A stretch of DNA of 50,430 bases from Chromatiaceae bacterium. Its GTDB lineage: Bacteria; Pseudomonadota; Gammaproteobacteria; Chromatiales; Chromatiaceae. The stretch lies in contig JBFZCW010000139.1 in assembly GCA_041307765.1 (NCBI GenBank), positions 1 to 50,430 on the forward strand. The letters run 5' to 3'. The notes beneath the pieces were generated by a model. It made no database searches and was not told the origin of the DNA. It was given only the letters and a program-made list of their open reading frames with translations. The position numbers were made by a program, and so were the translations under genes. This document shows positions 37,009-49,647 of the stretch, one piece after another (positions within the stretch are counted from its first letter, which is position 1; every line of letters starts with the position of its first letter).

Positions 37009-37971
37009 ATGATGTCCGAACCTCAACCCGATCTTCGCGGCGACCTTGCGCTGCTTCAGGATCGCATCGGCCGCACCCACCTGCGCCAACGACTGGGCCT
37101 GGAGGAGGACCACGAGGTCTTCTCGTTTGGCCGTCGGGGAGCCCACTTCTTCTACCCGGAGAACTGGTATTCGGTTCACGGGTTCATCCGCCATTCGCTG
37201 CGGCTCGCGGGTCTTTACGGGCGCGCCCAGCGCAACGCCCGCACCATCCGCCTCGTCCATAACCCGCTGGTGGTACCAAGGCTCCCCAAGCCGTTCGAAG
37301 GCATGCGCATCCTCCAACTCAGCGATCTGCACACGGACCTGGATCTGCGCATCACCCACGCCATCGCCGAGCGGGTGCGGGAGGCCGAGTACGATCTGTG
37401 CGTGCTGACCGGGGACTACCGCGCCCGTACCTATGGCCCCTTCGAACCGGCCCTGGAGGGGCTGCGGGCCATCCGGTTGCACTTGAAGGACCCCATCTAC
37501 GCCATACTCGGTAATCACGACACCATCCGCCTGGTGCCCGGTATCGAGTCCATAGGCATTCGGGTCTTGCTGAACGAGTCGGTCATGATCGAGCGCGACG
37601 GGGCGGCACTGCACCTGGCCGGGATCGACGATGCCCACTACTACCAGGTCCACAACATTCAACAAGCCGCCGAAGCGATCCCGCACGGGGCCTGCTCCCT
37701 GCTCCTATCCCATACTCCAGAGGTCTACCGCCAGGCTGCCCACGCGGGCTTCGGGGCCATGCTGTGCGGCCATACCCACGGTGGGCAGATCTGTCTGCCC
37801 GGCGGTTACCCCATCACCTGGGACGCCCGGTGCCCCCGCCGCTTGGCCGGAGGGCCCTGGACCTACGCGGGGATGACCGGCTACACGTCCGTGGGCTCCG
37901 GGAGCTCCATCGTCAACGCCCGCCTCAACTGCCTGCCCGAGATCACGGTCCACGAGCTCCGACGCGCCTGA
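37009..37971 (+). CDS. calcineurin-like metallophosphoesterase (YaeI-like)
   Basis: About 320 aa from ATG 37009. Motifs LQLSDLHTD, LTGDY, GNHD, GHTHGGQ. Confidence 0.85.
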   Translation: MMSEPQPDLRGDLALLQDRIGRTHLRQRLGLEEDHEVFSFGRRGAHFFYPENWYSVHGFIRHSLRLAGLYGRAQRNARTIRLVHNPLVVPRLPKPFEGMRILQLSDLHTDLDLRITHAIAERVREAEYDLCVLTGDYRARTYGPFEPALEGLRAIRLHLKDPIYAILGNHDTIRLVPGIESIGIRVLLNESVMIERDGAALHLAGIDDAHYYQVHNIQQAAEAIPHGACSLLLSHTPEVYRQAAHAGFGAMLCGHTHGGQICLPGGYPITWDARCPRRLAGGPWTYAGMTGYTSVGSGSSIVNARLNCLPEITVHELRRA

Positions 37972-38458
37972 ACCGGCCCATCAGGCCAGAGACCCACCGT
38001 CCCGTCTGGGTCAGGACGATGTCGATGACGATGAATGCCAGAATCAGCACCAAAACGTCCGGCCAGCCCAGCGCGAGTTGGGCCTTGACCGCAAGGGCGG
38101 GAAGCAGGGACTCCGGGACCTGGTCCAGAAGCGGCACCGACGCGCTCGGCGGCCGCCCCAATCGGCGTTTGATGAAGCTCGCGGCGAGATCGCCCAGCAT
38201 GGCCCCTGCCGCGACTTCGAGACCCAGAGCCCAGGGCAGCCCCAGGACCAACGCCCCCATGGCGGTTCCGACCAAAGAGGCAACCAGCCCCCGCCAGGTC
38301 TTGGAACTGCCCAGGAGCGGCCTTCCGTCGAGAGACAGGTACCGGCCGCCGTCCAGGGGCCGGGCCGGGCCGAGCAGCAGTCCAAGCAGGGCCGGCAAGG
38401 CATTGGCTAGAACGACCAAGCCAAGCAGAATCGGCATCGAGGACCAACTCAGTGTCAC
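37943..38458 (-). CDS. CarS/DUF46-family integral membrane protein (CDP-archaeol-synthase-like)
   Basis: Motifs PLDGG...GRPLLGSSKTWRG and GDLAASFIKRRLG...PLLDQ match the CarS/DUF46 signature as I recall it. Start uncertain: GTG 38458 (GGAGG 12 nt upstream) or ATG 38437. The track start 38656 overlaps the upstream rhodanese gene. Confidence 0.72.
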   Translation of the reverse strand: MTLSWSSMPILLGLVVLANALPALLGLLLGPARPLDGGRYLSLDGRPLLGSSKTWRGLVASLVGTAMGALVLGLPWALGLEVAAGAMLGDLAASFIKRRLGRPPSASVPLLDQVPESLLPALAVKAQLALGWPDVLVLILAFIVIDIVLTQTGRWVSGLMGRFRRVGARGP

Positions 38459-38484
38459 AGTTGCAGCGACCTCCGTGGCCAGGC

Positions 38485-39291
38485 TCAGGGGCGAGCCGGG
38501 CCCCCGGCGGAGGTGCCGCCGGCCCCCCCCTGCGCACGGACCGTGGTCAGCCCCAGTGACTCCCACGCCTGCATCCCGCCCCGATACCACTTGAGCTTGC
38601 CAGGCGGGTAACCCAGGTCGAGCAGGGCCTTGATATTGGTCGGCGACTGGCCGCACCAGGGCCCGTTACAGAACAAGACCAGGGTCTTGGCCCCGGAGAA
38701 GCTCCAGAGCCCCTCGCGCCGGACGGCACCGAACTCCAGCTCCAGCAGGTCCGCCACCTCCCGCGGCGCGGCGTTGCCGAGGTCGAGCCGAGTGTAGGGG
38801 ACGTTGACGGAGCCGGGGATGGTGCCCTGGGCGGTCCACTCCGGCGTCCGCGAGTCGATCAGCAGGATCCCATCATCGCCGGCGGCCGCCCTGCGCAGAT
38901 AGGCGATGACATCGAGTTCACCGATGGTTTCCACCCCGCCCGGCATGGTCATGGGCTGGATGCAGTAGGGCGGACAGGGGCGTGCCGTCTGGTCGTACGG
39001 CGGGTCCACAGTGTGGCCTGGGTTCTGATGCCGCATCAGGGTGACGGAACCTCCCCGGTGGGGGACCTCCACATAGGGCAGATCCTCGGTGATGCGGACG
39101 CGCAGGTCCTCCAGGTGAAAGACGTCGTCCGCAGTATTCGCGGCCTGTGTCAGACCCGAGGCAAACAGGCACAGGACTGTCGTGGCAACAAGCGCGCGTC
39201 TGGGCTGCACTGGGATCTCCGTTGTTGTTCCTGAGGGGCTGATCGAGCCGCGACTCAAAGACGCCGGCAGCGCTTTGCCGCGATTCGACAT
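38485..39291 (-). CDS. exported rhodanese-domain protein
   Basis: 268 aa. Signal peptide with twin-Arg-like n-region (QPRRALVATTVLCLFASGLTQA). Cys/Pro motif RPCPPYCIQP. C-terminal rhodanese domain with active-site loop CNGPWCGQS. Confidence 0.8.
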   Translation of the reverse strand: MSNRGKALPASLSRGSISPSGTTTEIPVQPRRALVATTVLCLFASGLTQAANTADDVFHLEDLRVRITEDLPYVEVPHRGGSVTLMRHQNPGHTVDPPYDQTARPCPPYCIQPMTMPGGVETIGELDVIAYLRRAAAGDDGILLIDSRTPEWTAQGTIPGSVNVPYTRLDLGNAAPREVADLLELEFGAVRREGLWSFSGAKTLVLFCNGPWCGQSPTNIKALLDLGYPPGKLKWYRGGMQAWESLGLTTVRAQGGAGGTSAGGPARP

Positions 39292-39306
39292 GCCACGCGC
39301 TAGGGA

Positions 39307-40050
39307 TTAACCCCTCTCCTGGACCTCTGCCCAAAGGGCCCGGTAGGCCTGGGCAGCCGGGCACCCCGGGGCATAGACCTGGAGCGGCAGGCGGTGGATG
39401 CCCATAGACTCGACATCCGCGGTGAGCGGGATGGCGGTGCGGAGCATGCCTGGATAACGCGCCGCCACGCGCTCCATGAGTCCGACCTGCAGCGGTAGGC
39501 CCGAGTTCACCATGGAAAAGAACGGCAGGACCTCGATCCCCGAGACCCGCACATGGTCCGCGAGAAAGCCCGTGAGTTGGTCCAGGGTCCGCTCCGAGAG
39601 GGTCGTGGGAACCGTCGGGACCAGGAGCAGGTCTGCAGCGCGGAAGACGTTCTCGGAAAGCAGGGAGATACTGGGCGGACAGTCCAGGAACACCGTGTCA
39701 TAGGCATCCGCCAGGGGCCTCAGCAAGCGCAGCAGCTGCTTGGTCGGGCGCTTGGCGTCTTCCAGCATCAGGTCCATGTTGCGTAGCGAGAAGTCCCCGG
39801 GGAGGAGGTCCAGGCCGTCAAAGTCGGTGGCCTTCACCAGACCGTCGAGGTCGGTGCGGCCATGGGCCAGGGACTTACCGCCGCCCTTCACCTTCGGCTT
39901 GACTCGGAGGTAGAAGGTCGCTGCGGCCTGTGGATCCAGGTCCCAAAGAAGGGTTCGGCTGCCTCCCTCCGCGGCGAGGTAGGCGAGGTTGACTGCAGTC
40001 GCCGTCTTTCCCACCCCGCCCTTGATGCTGTAGACGCCGACGATGTTCAA
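39307..40050 (-). CDS. orphan ParA/MinD-family P-loop ATPase
   Basis: 247 aa. TTG start overlaps the upstream stop (TTGA). Deviant Walker A SIKGGVGKTATAVNLA, Walker A' LLWDLDPQ, Walker B TVFLDCPP. No parB-like gene adjacent. Confidence 0.9.
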   Translation of the reverse strand: MNIVGVYSIKGGVGKTATAVNLAYLAAEGGSRTLLWDLDPQAAATFYLRVKPKVKGGGKSLAHGRTDLDGLVKATDFDGLDLLPGDFSLRNMDLMLEDAKRPTKQLLRLLRPLADAYDTVFLDCPPSISLLSENVFRAADLLLVPTVPTTLSERTLDQLTGFLADHVRVSGIEVLPFFSMVNSGLPLQVGLMERVAARYPGMLRTAIPLTADVESMGIHRLPLQVYAPGCPAAQAYRALWAEVQERG

Positions 40051-41669
40051 GATCCGTGCCCCGGATCCGGCTGCGGATCGGATCCAGGTTCCGCCCCCGG
40101 ATCGGCCCCCCCCGGACCAGCGTGGAAGAGCCCGCGGAAGAGCCCCCTGCCCCGATCGGAGTCGAAACCCCGGAAGGTGTCGGCGAAGGCCTCCCGGGCG
40201 GTCTCCTGACGGCGCAGGAGATCTGCGACCAGTGCGCCCATCGCAAGCAGGGCCGGCGTGCCCGTCAGACCCTGCGCCTGCATGCGCGCAGCCATATCTT
40301 GAAGGTGGCCGGCCTGCACGGCTAGGTCCTGGAAGGTCCCGAGATTGTCGAGCAGGACCTTGAGCAGTTTGATAGCCCCGCCAATGGCCTGCCCAAGGTA
40401 AAGGTTCTGAAAGAATTCCATGAGATAGCGTAGCTTCTTACAGCTCTTGCGCAGCTCGTGCATATCTGCCGGGGGGGACTCGACAGTGATGGCGCGGCCT
40501 TCCTTGCGGACGCGCCGGACCATGCGCCAGACGCGCTCGTCCGCCAGGGCTTTGATCGGGCGATCGGCGTTGGCAGGGGCCATCTCCGCGGGTGTCGGCT
40601 CGGTGAGGACCTGCCGCCAGTGATGCACCAAGTGGTCCATCGTCACAGAGTTCAGCGCCTCGACGAGGAGCCGATGCTCGTCGGCGTAGTGCGACAGGAG
40701 ATAGAACCGCAGGGGCTCCAGGTCCCCCCGCATGGACTGCGGCAGGCTCGCTTGGTAGGCGTCGAAATCGAGCAGATAGACGTCCAGGTCGCGAACCGGC
40801 CCCGTCACCTGCTGGAGCCAGGCGAAGTGGGCCCTGAATTCTGTCTCCACCTGTGGGGGCAAAACCCCGGGCATCTGGGCCAAGGCCGCCCGAGTACGCC
40901 GGGTGGCCACCCGCAGGTCATGGAGAAACTCGCTGTCCAGATTCTCCCTCGCCCCCGGGATGTTGGCCTCGATGGTGTCGAGCAGTCCAAGTAGAATCTG
41001 CCGTAGAGCCTCATCGGCGCGCTCCGCCGGATCGAGCCGATAGGCCAGCTTCGAGGAATAGCCGCCGGGGGGCCGCTCGCCGAGAGTAAGGGCCTCGGCC
41101 AATAGCGGTCGCAACGCGGGCTCAAGCGCGAACCCATGGCTCAACCAATCGGCGACCGCCTGCGCCTCAACCTCATAGCCCTTGAGGGGGTTCACCGAAA
41201 GGCGCGAGGCCAGCCCGCGGCGCGGCTCCTTGCCGGACAGCCGATACTCCTCAATCACCAGACGAACAAGCGTCTTCTCCTCATCGTCCAGCAGGCGCAG
41301 AACCTGGGTCTCGACCTCCATCTCTACCGCTGGGAGCAGCCGGCGTACACCGATGGCGGCCAGGATTCGTCCTTGCACGGGGCCTGGTGCAAGATCCCGG
41401 GCCAGGCCAGGCGCGTCGAAGATCAACTGTTCCAGGGTCGGTTCGCCGCCGGACAGGTCGTGCCACAGGAGCCGCCGCTTGCCGGCCTCCAGGCGCTCCT
41501 CGACGATTGCCCCAGCCAGGTAGGCGCCCCAATCGAAACTGTCGAGCAGCCGGACCGCGGCCAGCCCGGGCGGATCCTCCAGGAGACGCCAACCGCACTG
41601 AGTCAGGGTCGCCACCAACCGTGGCTTACTCCCGGATGGGAGCAAATAGTCCTGGAATCGTTGGTGCAT
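40047..41669 (-). CDS. CHAD-domain protein with unassigned N-terminal domain and disordered Gly/Pro/Asp tail
   Basis: 540 aa; ATG 41669. CHAD hallmarks [33 protein letters not shown] and LGTFQDLAV in residues ~230-500. The N-terminal ~210 aa lack the ExExK motif of CYTH domains. Confidence 0.85.
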   Translation of the reverse strand: MHQRFQDYLLPSGSKPRLVATLTQCGWRLLEDPPGLAAVRLLDSFDWGAYLAGAIVEERLEAGKRRLLWHDLSGGEPTLEQLIFDAPGLARDLAPGPVQGRILAAIGVRRLLPAVEMEVETQVLRLLDDEEKTLVRLVIEEYRLSGKEPRRGLASRLSVNPLKGYEVEAQAVADWLSHGFALEPALRPLLAEALTLGERPPGGYSSKLAYRLDPAERADEALRQILLGLLDTIEANIPGARENLDSEFLHDLRVATRRTRAALAQMPGVLPPQVETEFRAHFAWLQQVTGPVRDLDVYLLDFDAYQASLPQSMRGDLEPLRFYLLSHYADEHRLLVEALNSVTMDHLVHHWRQVLTEPTPAEMAPANADRPIKALADERVWRMVRRVRKEGRAITVESPPADMHELRKSCKKLRYLMEFFQNLYLGQAIGGAIKLLKVLLDNLGTFQDLAVQAGHLQDMAARMQAQGLTGTPALLAMGALVADLLRRQETAREAFADTFRGFDSDRGRGLFRGLFHAGPGGADPGAEPGSDPQPDPGHGS

Positions 41670-41824
41670 CGCATCGCCTCAACCTGCAGGGTACGTGGCA
41701 TTATGGCCCCTCCGGGCCCGGCTGTCTGGCGCGTGGGCAGCCATCAACCCGTGCCGCTTCCAAACGGTCACCCGATTCGTCTAAGGTGAAAGCTCGGCTT
41801 CAGACCCATCCAAGGTACCAGACG

Positions 41825-42790
41825 ATGACTAAACTCGATCAGCTCAAGCGGATGACCACAGTGGTTGCGGACACCGGGGACTTCGAGGCCATTGCCCAGT
41901 ACAAGCCCCAGGACGCCACCACCAACCCCTCCTTGCTGTACAAGGCAGCCCAGATGCCCCAGTACCGTGCCCTGGTCGAGGACGCGGCCGTCTTCGGACG
42001 GGCCAAGGGGACAGACTCCCAGAGCCGGGCGCGCTGGACCATGCAACGGCTGGCCGTGAACTTCGGTGCCGAGATCCTCAAGGTGGTCCCTGGGCGGGTG
42101 TCCACCGAGATCGACGCACGCATGTCCTTCGACCCGGACGGGACGCTGCGCCGCGCCGAGGAACTCGTCGAACTCTACGACCAGGCTGGGATCGACTCCG
42201 ACCGGGTCCTGTTCAAGATCGCCTCGACCTGGGAAGGAATTTCCACCGCAGAGCGGTTGGAGCGCCGCGGCATCCACTGCAATCTAACCCTATTGTTTAG
42301 CTTCCCCCAGGCCGTCGCCTGCGCCGACGCCGGCGTCACCCTTATCTCCCCCTTCGTCGGCCGCATCCTCGACTGGTACAAGGAGGCCGAACACGTCTCT
42401 GGCTATCCAGCCGACGAAGACCCGGGGGTGCGCTCCGTCACGCGCATCTTCAATTACTACAAAGCCCACGGTTACGACACCGTGGTCATGGGCGCGAGCT
42501 TCCGCAACGTCGATGAGGTCCTGGAACTGGCGGGAAGCGACTACCTGACCATCTCGCCCCCCCTGCTCGCGGAGTTGGCGGCCAGCGAGGGCGATGTCCC
42601 GCGCAAACTTGACCCGGACAAGGCCAGGGACATGGTGATCGATCGGGTGATTTACGACGAAAAGACCTTCCGCTGGGACCTGAACGAAGACGCCATGGCC
42701 ACCGCCAAGCTCTCCGAGGGTATCCGTTTGTTCACCGCAGACACTCTGAAGCTGGAGCGCTTCACCCACGAGATCTGTCAGAACTGCTGA
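41825..42790 (+). CDS. tal: transaldolase
   Basis: 321 aa from ATG 41825 ([20 protein letters not shown]). Motifs DATTNPSL, catalytic-Lys context [23 protein letters not shown]. The track ORF is over-extended to 41387. Confidence 0.95.
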   Translation: MTKLDQLKRMTTVVADTGDFEAIAQYKPQDATTNPSLLYKAAQMPQYRALVEDAAVFGRAKGTDSQSRARWTMQRLAVNFGAEILKVVPGRVSTEIDARMSFDPDGTLRRAEELVELYDQAGIDSDRVLFKIASTWEGISTAERLERRGIHCNLTLLFSFPQAVACADAGVTLISPFVGRILDWYKEAEHVSGYPADEDPGVRSVTRIFNYYKAHGYDTVVMGASFRNVDEVLELAGSDYLTISPPLLAELAASEGDVPRKLDPDKARDMVIDRVIYDEKTFRWDLNEDAMATAKLSEGIRLFTADTLKLERFTHEICQNC

Positions 42791-42892
42791 GGGACGCCAG
42801 GCGGTGTGGTTGCGGCATGCCCGCGGCCGCCTGCTCCGCCCCCAACCAGGTCCTGTTTTCTCCCCTTCCCCGTCCCCGCGCGATCCTGCCCC

Positions 42893-43687
42893 ATGCACCC
42901 CCGCAAACGCTTCGGCCAGAACTTTCTCCACGACCCCGGCGTCATCGCCAGAATCCTCGCTGCCATCGCGCCACGGACGGGGGACCACCTGGTCGAGATC
43001 GGACCGGGACGCGGGGCCATCACTGCGGGGCTCCTCGCCACGACCTGGCACCTGGACGTTGTGGAGATCGACCGTGACCTGATCGGTCCCCTGGTCGAGC
43101 GCTTTGCCACCCGGGGCGACCTGACCGTTCATAGTGCCGACGCCCTGACCTTCGACCTGTGTGGGCTGAGCGAGGGGGACGCCCGGCTGAGGGTGGTGGG
43201 CAACCTCCCCTACAACATCTCCACGCCCCTGTTATTCCGGTTCCTGGAACAGGCGGGATGCATCCAGGACATGCACTTCATGCTGCAAAAGGAGGTGGTG
43301 GAACGTATCGCCGCCGAGCCCGGCTGCAAGGCCTACGGTCGGCTGTCCGTGATGATCCAGGCCTTCTGCCGCGCCACCGCCCTATTCACCATCGGCCCCG
43401 GTGCCTTTACCCCGGCCCCCAAGGTCGAGTCTGCCTTCTTGCGCCTCATCCCCTACCGACCCCTGCCCCAGCCCGTCTCCGACGCCGCGACGCTATCTCG
43501 GCTGGTGGCCCAGGCGTTCTCACAGCGCCGCAAGACCCTGCGCAACACCCTGAAGGGGACCCTGCCGCCGGGATTTCTTGAGGCCCAAGGGATCGACCCG
43601 GGGCAGAGGGCAGAAGCGATTGCAGTCGATGCCTACATCCGTCTCGCCAATGCGGCTTGGAATTGCCGGGACTTGCCCAGAGATTAA
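42893..43687 (+). CDS. rsmA: 16S rRNA (adenine1518/1519-N6)-dimethyltransferase
   Basis: 264 aa from ATG 42893 (KRFGQNFLHD). Motifs VEIGPGRGAIT, VVGNLPYNISTP. Confidence 0.93.
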   Translation: MHPRKRFGQNFLHDPGVIARILAAIAPRTGDHLVEIGPGRGAITAGLLATTWHLDVVEIDRDLIGPLVERFATRGDLTVHSADALTFDLCGLSEGDARLRVVGNLPYNISTPLLFRFLEQAGCIQDMHFMLQKEVVERIAAEPGCKAYGRLSVMIQAFCRATALFTIGPGAFTPAPKVESAFLRLIPYRPLPQPVSDAATLSRLVAQAFSQRRKTLRNTLKGTLPPGFLEAQGIDPGQRAEAIAVDAYIRLANAAWNCRDLPRD

Positions 43688-43756
43688 CTGGTCGTGACAG
43701 GGTTTTTTCACGCTTTGCCCCTTTTGGTGGCACGGCATGCAACCGTCGGAGAGTCG

Positions 43757-46249
<2,493 letters not shown>

Positions 46250-47120
46250 GGTCCGCCAGTCCGGCAGGGCCAGGCCGAAGGTCTCCCACAGCTTGGTGTT
46301 GTCCAGCACCGAGTAAGCCGGGCGGCGGGCCGGCGAGCGGTACTCGGACGAGCGGATCGGCAACAGCCGGCAGCCGAGACCGCTGGCATCGAGGATGGCC
46401 TTGGCGAAGCCATACCAGCTCGTCTCCCCGCCAGCGGTGACGTGGTAGAGGCCGGCCACCCGCTCCAGATCCACCTCACGGCGCAGGATCCGGTGCAGAG
46501 TCTGGGCCGTGACCTCGGCCAGCATCCGGCTCCAGGTCGGAGCCCCGACCTGATCATCCACAACCCGCAGTTCATCCTTCTCGGCAAAGAGCCGCAGCAT
46601 GGTGAGCAGGAAGTTCTGGCCCCGCACCCCGTAGACCCAACTGGTCCGCAAGATGATGGCGGGTACCCCGCTCTCCAGTAGGAGCCGCTCCCCGGCAAGC
46701 TTGGTGGACCCATAGACGCTCAGCGGCCCAGGCTCGTCGTCCTCCCGATAAGGCCGACTGGCCTCTCCGGGAAAGACGAAGTCTGTCGAATAGTGAATGA
46801 CGGGAACGCCCCGGTCCCGCAACAGGGCGCCCAAGACCCGCAGGGGCTCGGCATTGATCCGATGGGCCAGCGCGGCATCCGACTCGGCGCGGTCAACGGC
46901 GGTATAGGCGGCGGCATTGACGACCGCATCCGGGGCCGTCTCCTGCACGACCCGGGTCAGAGACTCGGGGCTGGCAAGGTCGACCCGAGGCCCGTACTCC
47001 CCCTCCAGTGAGGCGGCAATCACCTCCCCGAGAGGAGCCAGGCTTCGGCGCAACTCCCAGCCGACCTGGCCATTGGCGCCGATGAGCAGGATGCGTGGCA
47101 GGCTTGTGGTTGGGCCCATG

Positions 47121-47684
47121 TCAGACCTCGTGGTAGAGCGGCAGGCAGTCGGCGGGGATATCACGCAGCAAGGACGCGCGGCGATCCTTGTCAGAGAGGA
47201 TAGGTTCACCGTCCAGCGGCCATGCAATCCCGATGTCGGGGTCGTCCCAGCGCAGACAGAACTCGGTCTCCGGGTGATAAAAATCCGTGCACTTGTAGGT
47301 GAACAGGGCATCGGACCCGGTCACGACGTAGCCGTGGGCGAAACCCGGCGGGACCCAGAACTGGCGCCGGTTCTCCCCCGACAGCGTCACCCCGACCCAG
47401 CGCCCGAACCAGGGAGAACCGCGGCGAATATCGACCGCAACGTCGAAGACCTCACCGCTCAACACCTGGACCAGCTTGCCCTGGGGGTATGGCCACTGGA
47501 CGTGCAACCCGCGCAGGATGCCGTGGCCCGAGTAGGCCTGATTGTCCTGAACCATACGTTCCGGGATACCCAGGCCGGCGTAGCGCTCGACCTGCCAGGA
47601 TTCCATGAACCAGCCCCGCGCGTCTCCAAAGACCTTCGGCTCGACGATCAGGGCCCCAGGGATGTCCGTCTCGATGACATTCAA
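47121..47684 (-). CDS. rfbC: dTDP-4-dehydrorhamnose 3,5-epimerase
   Basis: 187 aa from TTG 47684, which overlaps the rfbA stop (TTGA). Begins [25 protein letters not shown]. Cupin motifs [13 protein letters not shown]. Confidence 0.9.
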   Translation of the reverse strand: MNVIETDIPGALIVEPKVFGDARGWFMESWQVERYAGLGIPERMVQDNQAYSGHGILRGLHVQWPYPQGKLVQVLSGEVFDVAVDIRRGSPWFGRWVGVTLSGENRRQFWVPPGFAHGYVVTGSDALFTYKCTDFYHPETEFCLRWDDPDIGIAWPLDGEPILSDKDRRASLLRDIPADCLPLYHEV

Positions 47685-48565
47685 GGTTCCATCCCCCGCT
47701 CCAGCAGCCCCATGAGGTAGTCCCCGTAGCCGCTCTTGGCCAGCAGCGAAGCGATGGCCCTGAGCTGGGCCGCATCGATCCAGCGGTTCTGGTACGCGAC
47801 CTCCTCCGGACAGCAGACCTTGAGCCCCTGGCGTTGCTCGATGGTCTGGATGAAGTCGCCGGCCTGCATCAGGGACTCGTGGGTTCCAGTGTCCAACCAG
47901 GCGACACCGCGGCCAAGCTTCTCCAGGCGCAGCTGGCCCTCCTTCAGGTAAAGGTTGTTGAGGTCGGTGATCTCCAGCTCCCCGCGCGGCGAGGGTTTGA
48001 GCCCCCCGGCCAACTCGCACACCCGGTCATCGTAGAAATAGACCCCAGTCACGGCGTAATTGGACTTGGCGCGTTTGGGCTTCTCCTCCAGGCTGACCAC
48101 CCGACCTTGCGCATCGAACTCGGCTACGCCGTAGCGCTCTGGGTCCTTGACCCAGTAGCCGAACACCGTTGCGCCTTGCTCGTAGGCGGATGCCGCGCGC
48201 AACTGGTGGATAAGCCCATGCCCGTAAAAGATGTTGTCCCCCAGGATCAGACAGGAGGGGTCGCTGCCGATGAAATCCCGCCCGATGAGGAAGGCCTGGG
48301 CCAGCCCCGCTGGCTCGGGCTGGACCGCATAGCGCAGGGTGATGCCCCATTGGGAGCCGTCATTGAGCAGGTCCCGAAAAGACGCCTGATCCCGGGGCGT
48401 GGTGATAATCAGGATCTCCCGTATCCCCGCCAGCATGAGCGTGGACAGGGGATAGTAGATCATCGGCTTGTCGTAGACCGGCAGGAGCTGCTTGCTGATG
48501 GTGTGGGTCAGGGGATAGAGCCGGGTGCCGGAGCCCCCCGCCAGGATGATGCCCTTTCTGCTCAT
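47681..48565 (-). CDS. rfbA: glucose-1-phosphate thymidylyltransferase
   Basis: 294 aa from ATG 48565 ([17 protein letters not shown]). The track ORF is over-extended to 48637. Confidence 0.95.
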   Translation of the reverse strand: MSRKGIILAGGSGTRLYPLTHTISKQLLPVYDKPMIYYPLSTLMLAGIREILIITTPRDQASFRDLLNDGSQWGITLRYAVQPEPAGLAQAFLIGRDFIGSDPSCLILGDNIFYGHGLIHQLRAASAYEQGATVFGYWVKDPERYGVAEFDAQGRVVSLEEKPKRAKSNYAVTGVYFYDDRVCELAGGLKPSPRGELEITDLNNLYLKEGQLRLEKLGRGVAWLDTGTHESLMQAGDFIQTIEQRQGLKVCCPEEVAYQNRWIDAAQLRAIASLLAKSGYGDYLMGLLERGMEP

Positions 48566-48567
48566 GG

Positions 48568-49638
48568 TCAAATACCGAGGTGTCCGGCGGTGCCGAGACG
48601 CTGGCCGAGATAACTCCCGTCCGTCACGCGGGCACACCAGTCGGCGTTGTCCAGGTACCAGGCTACGGTACGCCGCAGCCCGCTCTCGAAGGTCTCCCGT
48701 GGCGCCCAGCCGAGCTCCCGCTGCAGCTTGCTGGAGTCGATGGCATAGCGCCGGTCGTGTCCGGGGCGGTCCTTGACGAAGGATTTCAGCCGCGCATGGG
48801 GCCGATGGGGAGAGGCCGGGACCATCTCGTCCAGCAAGGTACAGAGGGTATCGACCACCTGGAGATTGGTGCGCTCGCTATTGCCGCCGACGTTGTAGAC
48901 CTCGCCCGGCCGACCGCCCTCCAGGACGCGCAGGATGGCCAGGCAGTGGTCCTCCACGAAGAGCCAGTCGCGCACGTTCCCGCCGTCACCATAGAGGGGC
49001 AGCGGCTCCCCTCGCAGCGCCTTCTGGATCATCAAAGGGATCAGCTTCTCGGGGAACTGGTAGGGGCCGTAGTTGTTCGAGCAGTTGGTGGTCAGGACCG
49101 GCAGACCGTAGGTGTGGTGCCAGGCCCGCACCAAGTGGTCCGAAGCCGCCTTGGAGGCGGAATAAGGAGAATTCGGGGCGTATGCCGTCTCTTCGGTGAA
49201 CAGCCCGGTTGGACCCAGGGACCCATAGACCTCGTCGGTGGAGACGTGCAGGAAGCGGAAACCCGCCTTGCGCTCGGCGCTGAGCCCGGACCAGTAGTCC
49301 TTGGCACGATCCAGCAGGTTGAAGGTCCCCAGGACATTGGTTTCGATGAAGGCCGCAGGGCCATCGATCGAGCGGTCCACATGGCTCTCTGCGGCGAAGT
49401 TGACGACCGCGTCCACCGCGTAATCCCGCAGCAGGCGGCTCAGCAGGTCGCGGTCGCCGATGTCTCCCTGGACAAAGACGTGAGCCGGATTGGCCGCCAA
49501 GGGGGCGAGGGTATCGAGGTTGCCCGCGTAGGTCAGCTTGTCCAGGTTGACGACCTGGACCCCGCCCTGGCCCATCAGGAGGTGTATGAAATTACCGCCG
49601 ATGAAGCCGGCCCCGCCGGTAACCAATAGCGTTCGCAT
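48568..49638 (-). CDS. rfbB: dTDP-glucose 4,6-dehydratase
   Basis: 356 aa. [11 protein letters not shown] Rossmann motif, catalytic [16 protein letters not shown] lies 4 nt upstream of the ATG, 9 nt after the ssb stop. Confidence 0.95.
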   Translation of the reverse strand: MRTLLVTGGAGFIGGNFIHLLMGQGGVQVVNLDKLTYAGNLDTLAPLAANPAHVFVQGDIGDRDLLSRLLRDYAVDAVVNFAAESHVDRSIDGPAAFIETNVLGTFNLLDRAKDYWSGLSAERKAGFRFLHVSTDEVYGSLGPTGLFTEETAYAPNSPYSASKAASDHLVRAWHHTYGLPVLTTNCSNNYGPYQFPEKLIPLMIQKALRGEPLPLYGDGGNVRDWLFVEDHCLAILRVLEGGRPGEVYNVGGNSERTNLQVVDTLCTLLDEMVPASPHRPHARLKSFVKDRPGHDRRYAIDSSKLQRELGWAPRETFESGLRRTVAWYLDNADWCARVTDGSYLGQRLGTAGHLGI

Positions 49639-49647
49639 TTTGTCTCC

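Noticed and set aside
40106-40113. Homopolymeric C8/G8 tracts as phase-variation switches: 40106-40113 in the CHAD tail, 38523-38530 near the rhodanese 3' end, and 7878-7885 in mtfA.
   Set aside because: Such runs encode Gly/Pro codons and recur in unrelated housekeeping genes here, so they look like a by-product of high G+C. Eight bases is at the low end for slippage, and there is no evidence of alternative frames.
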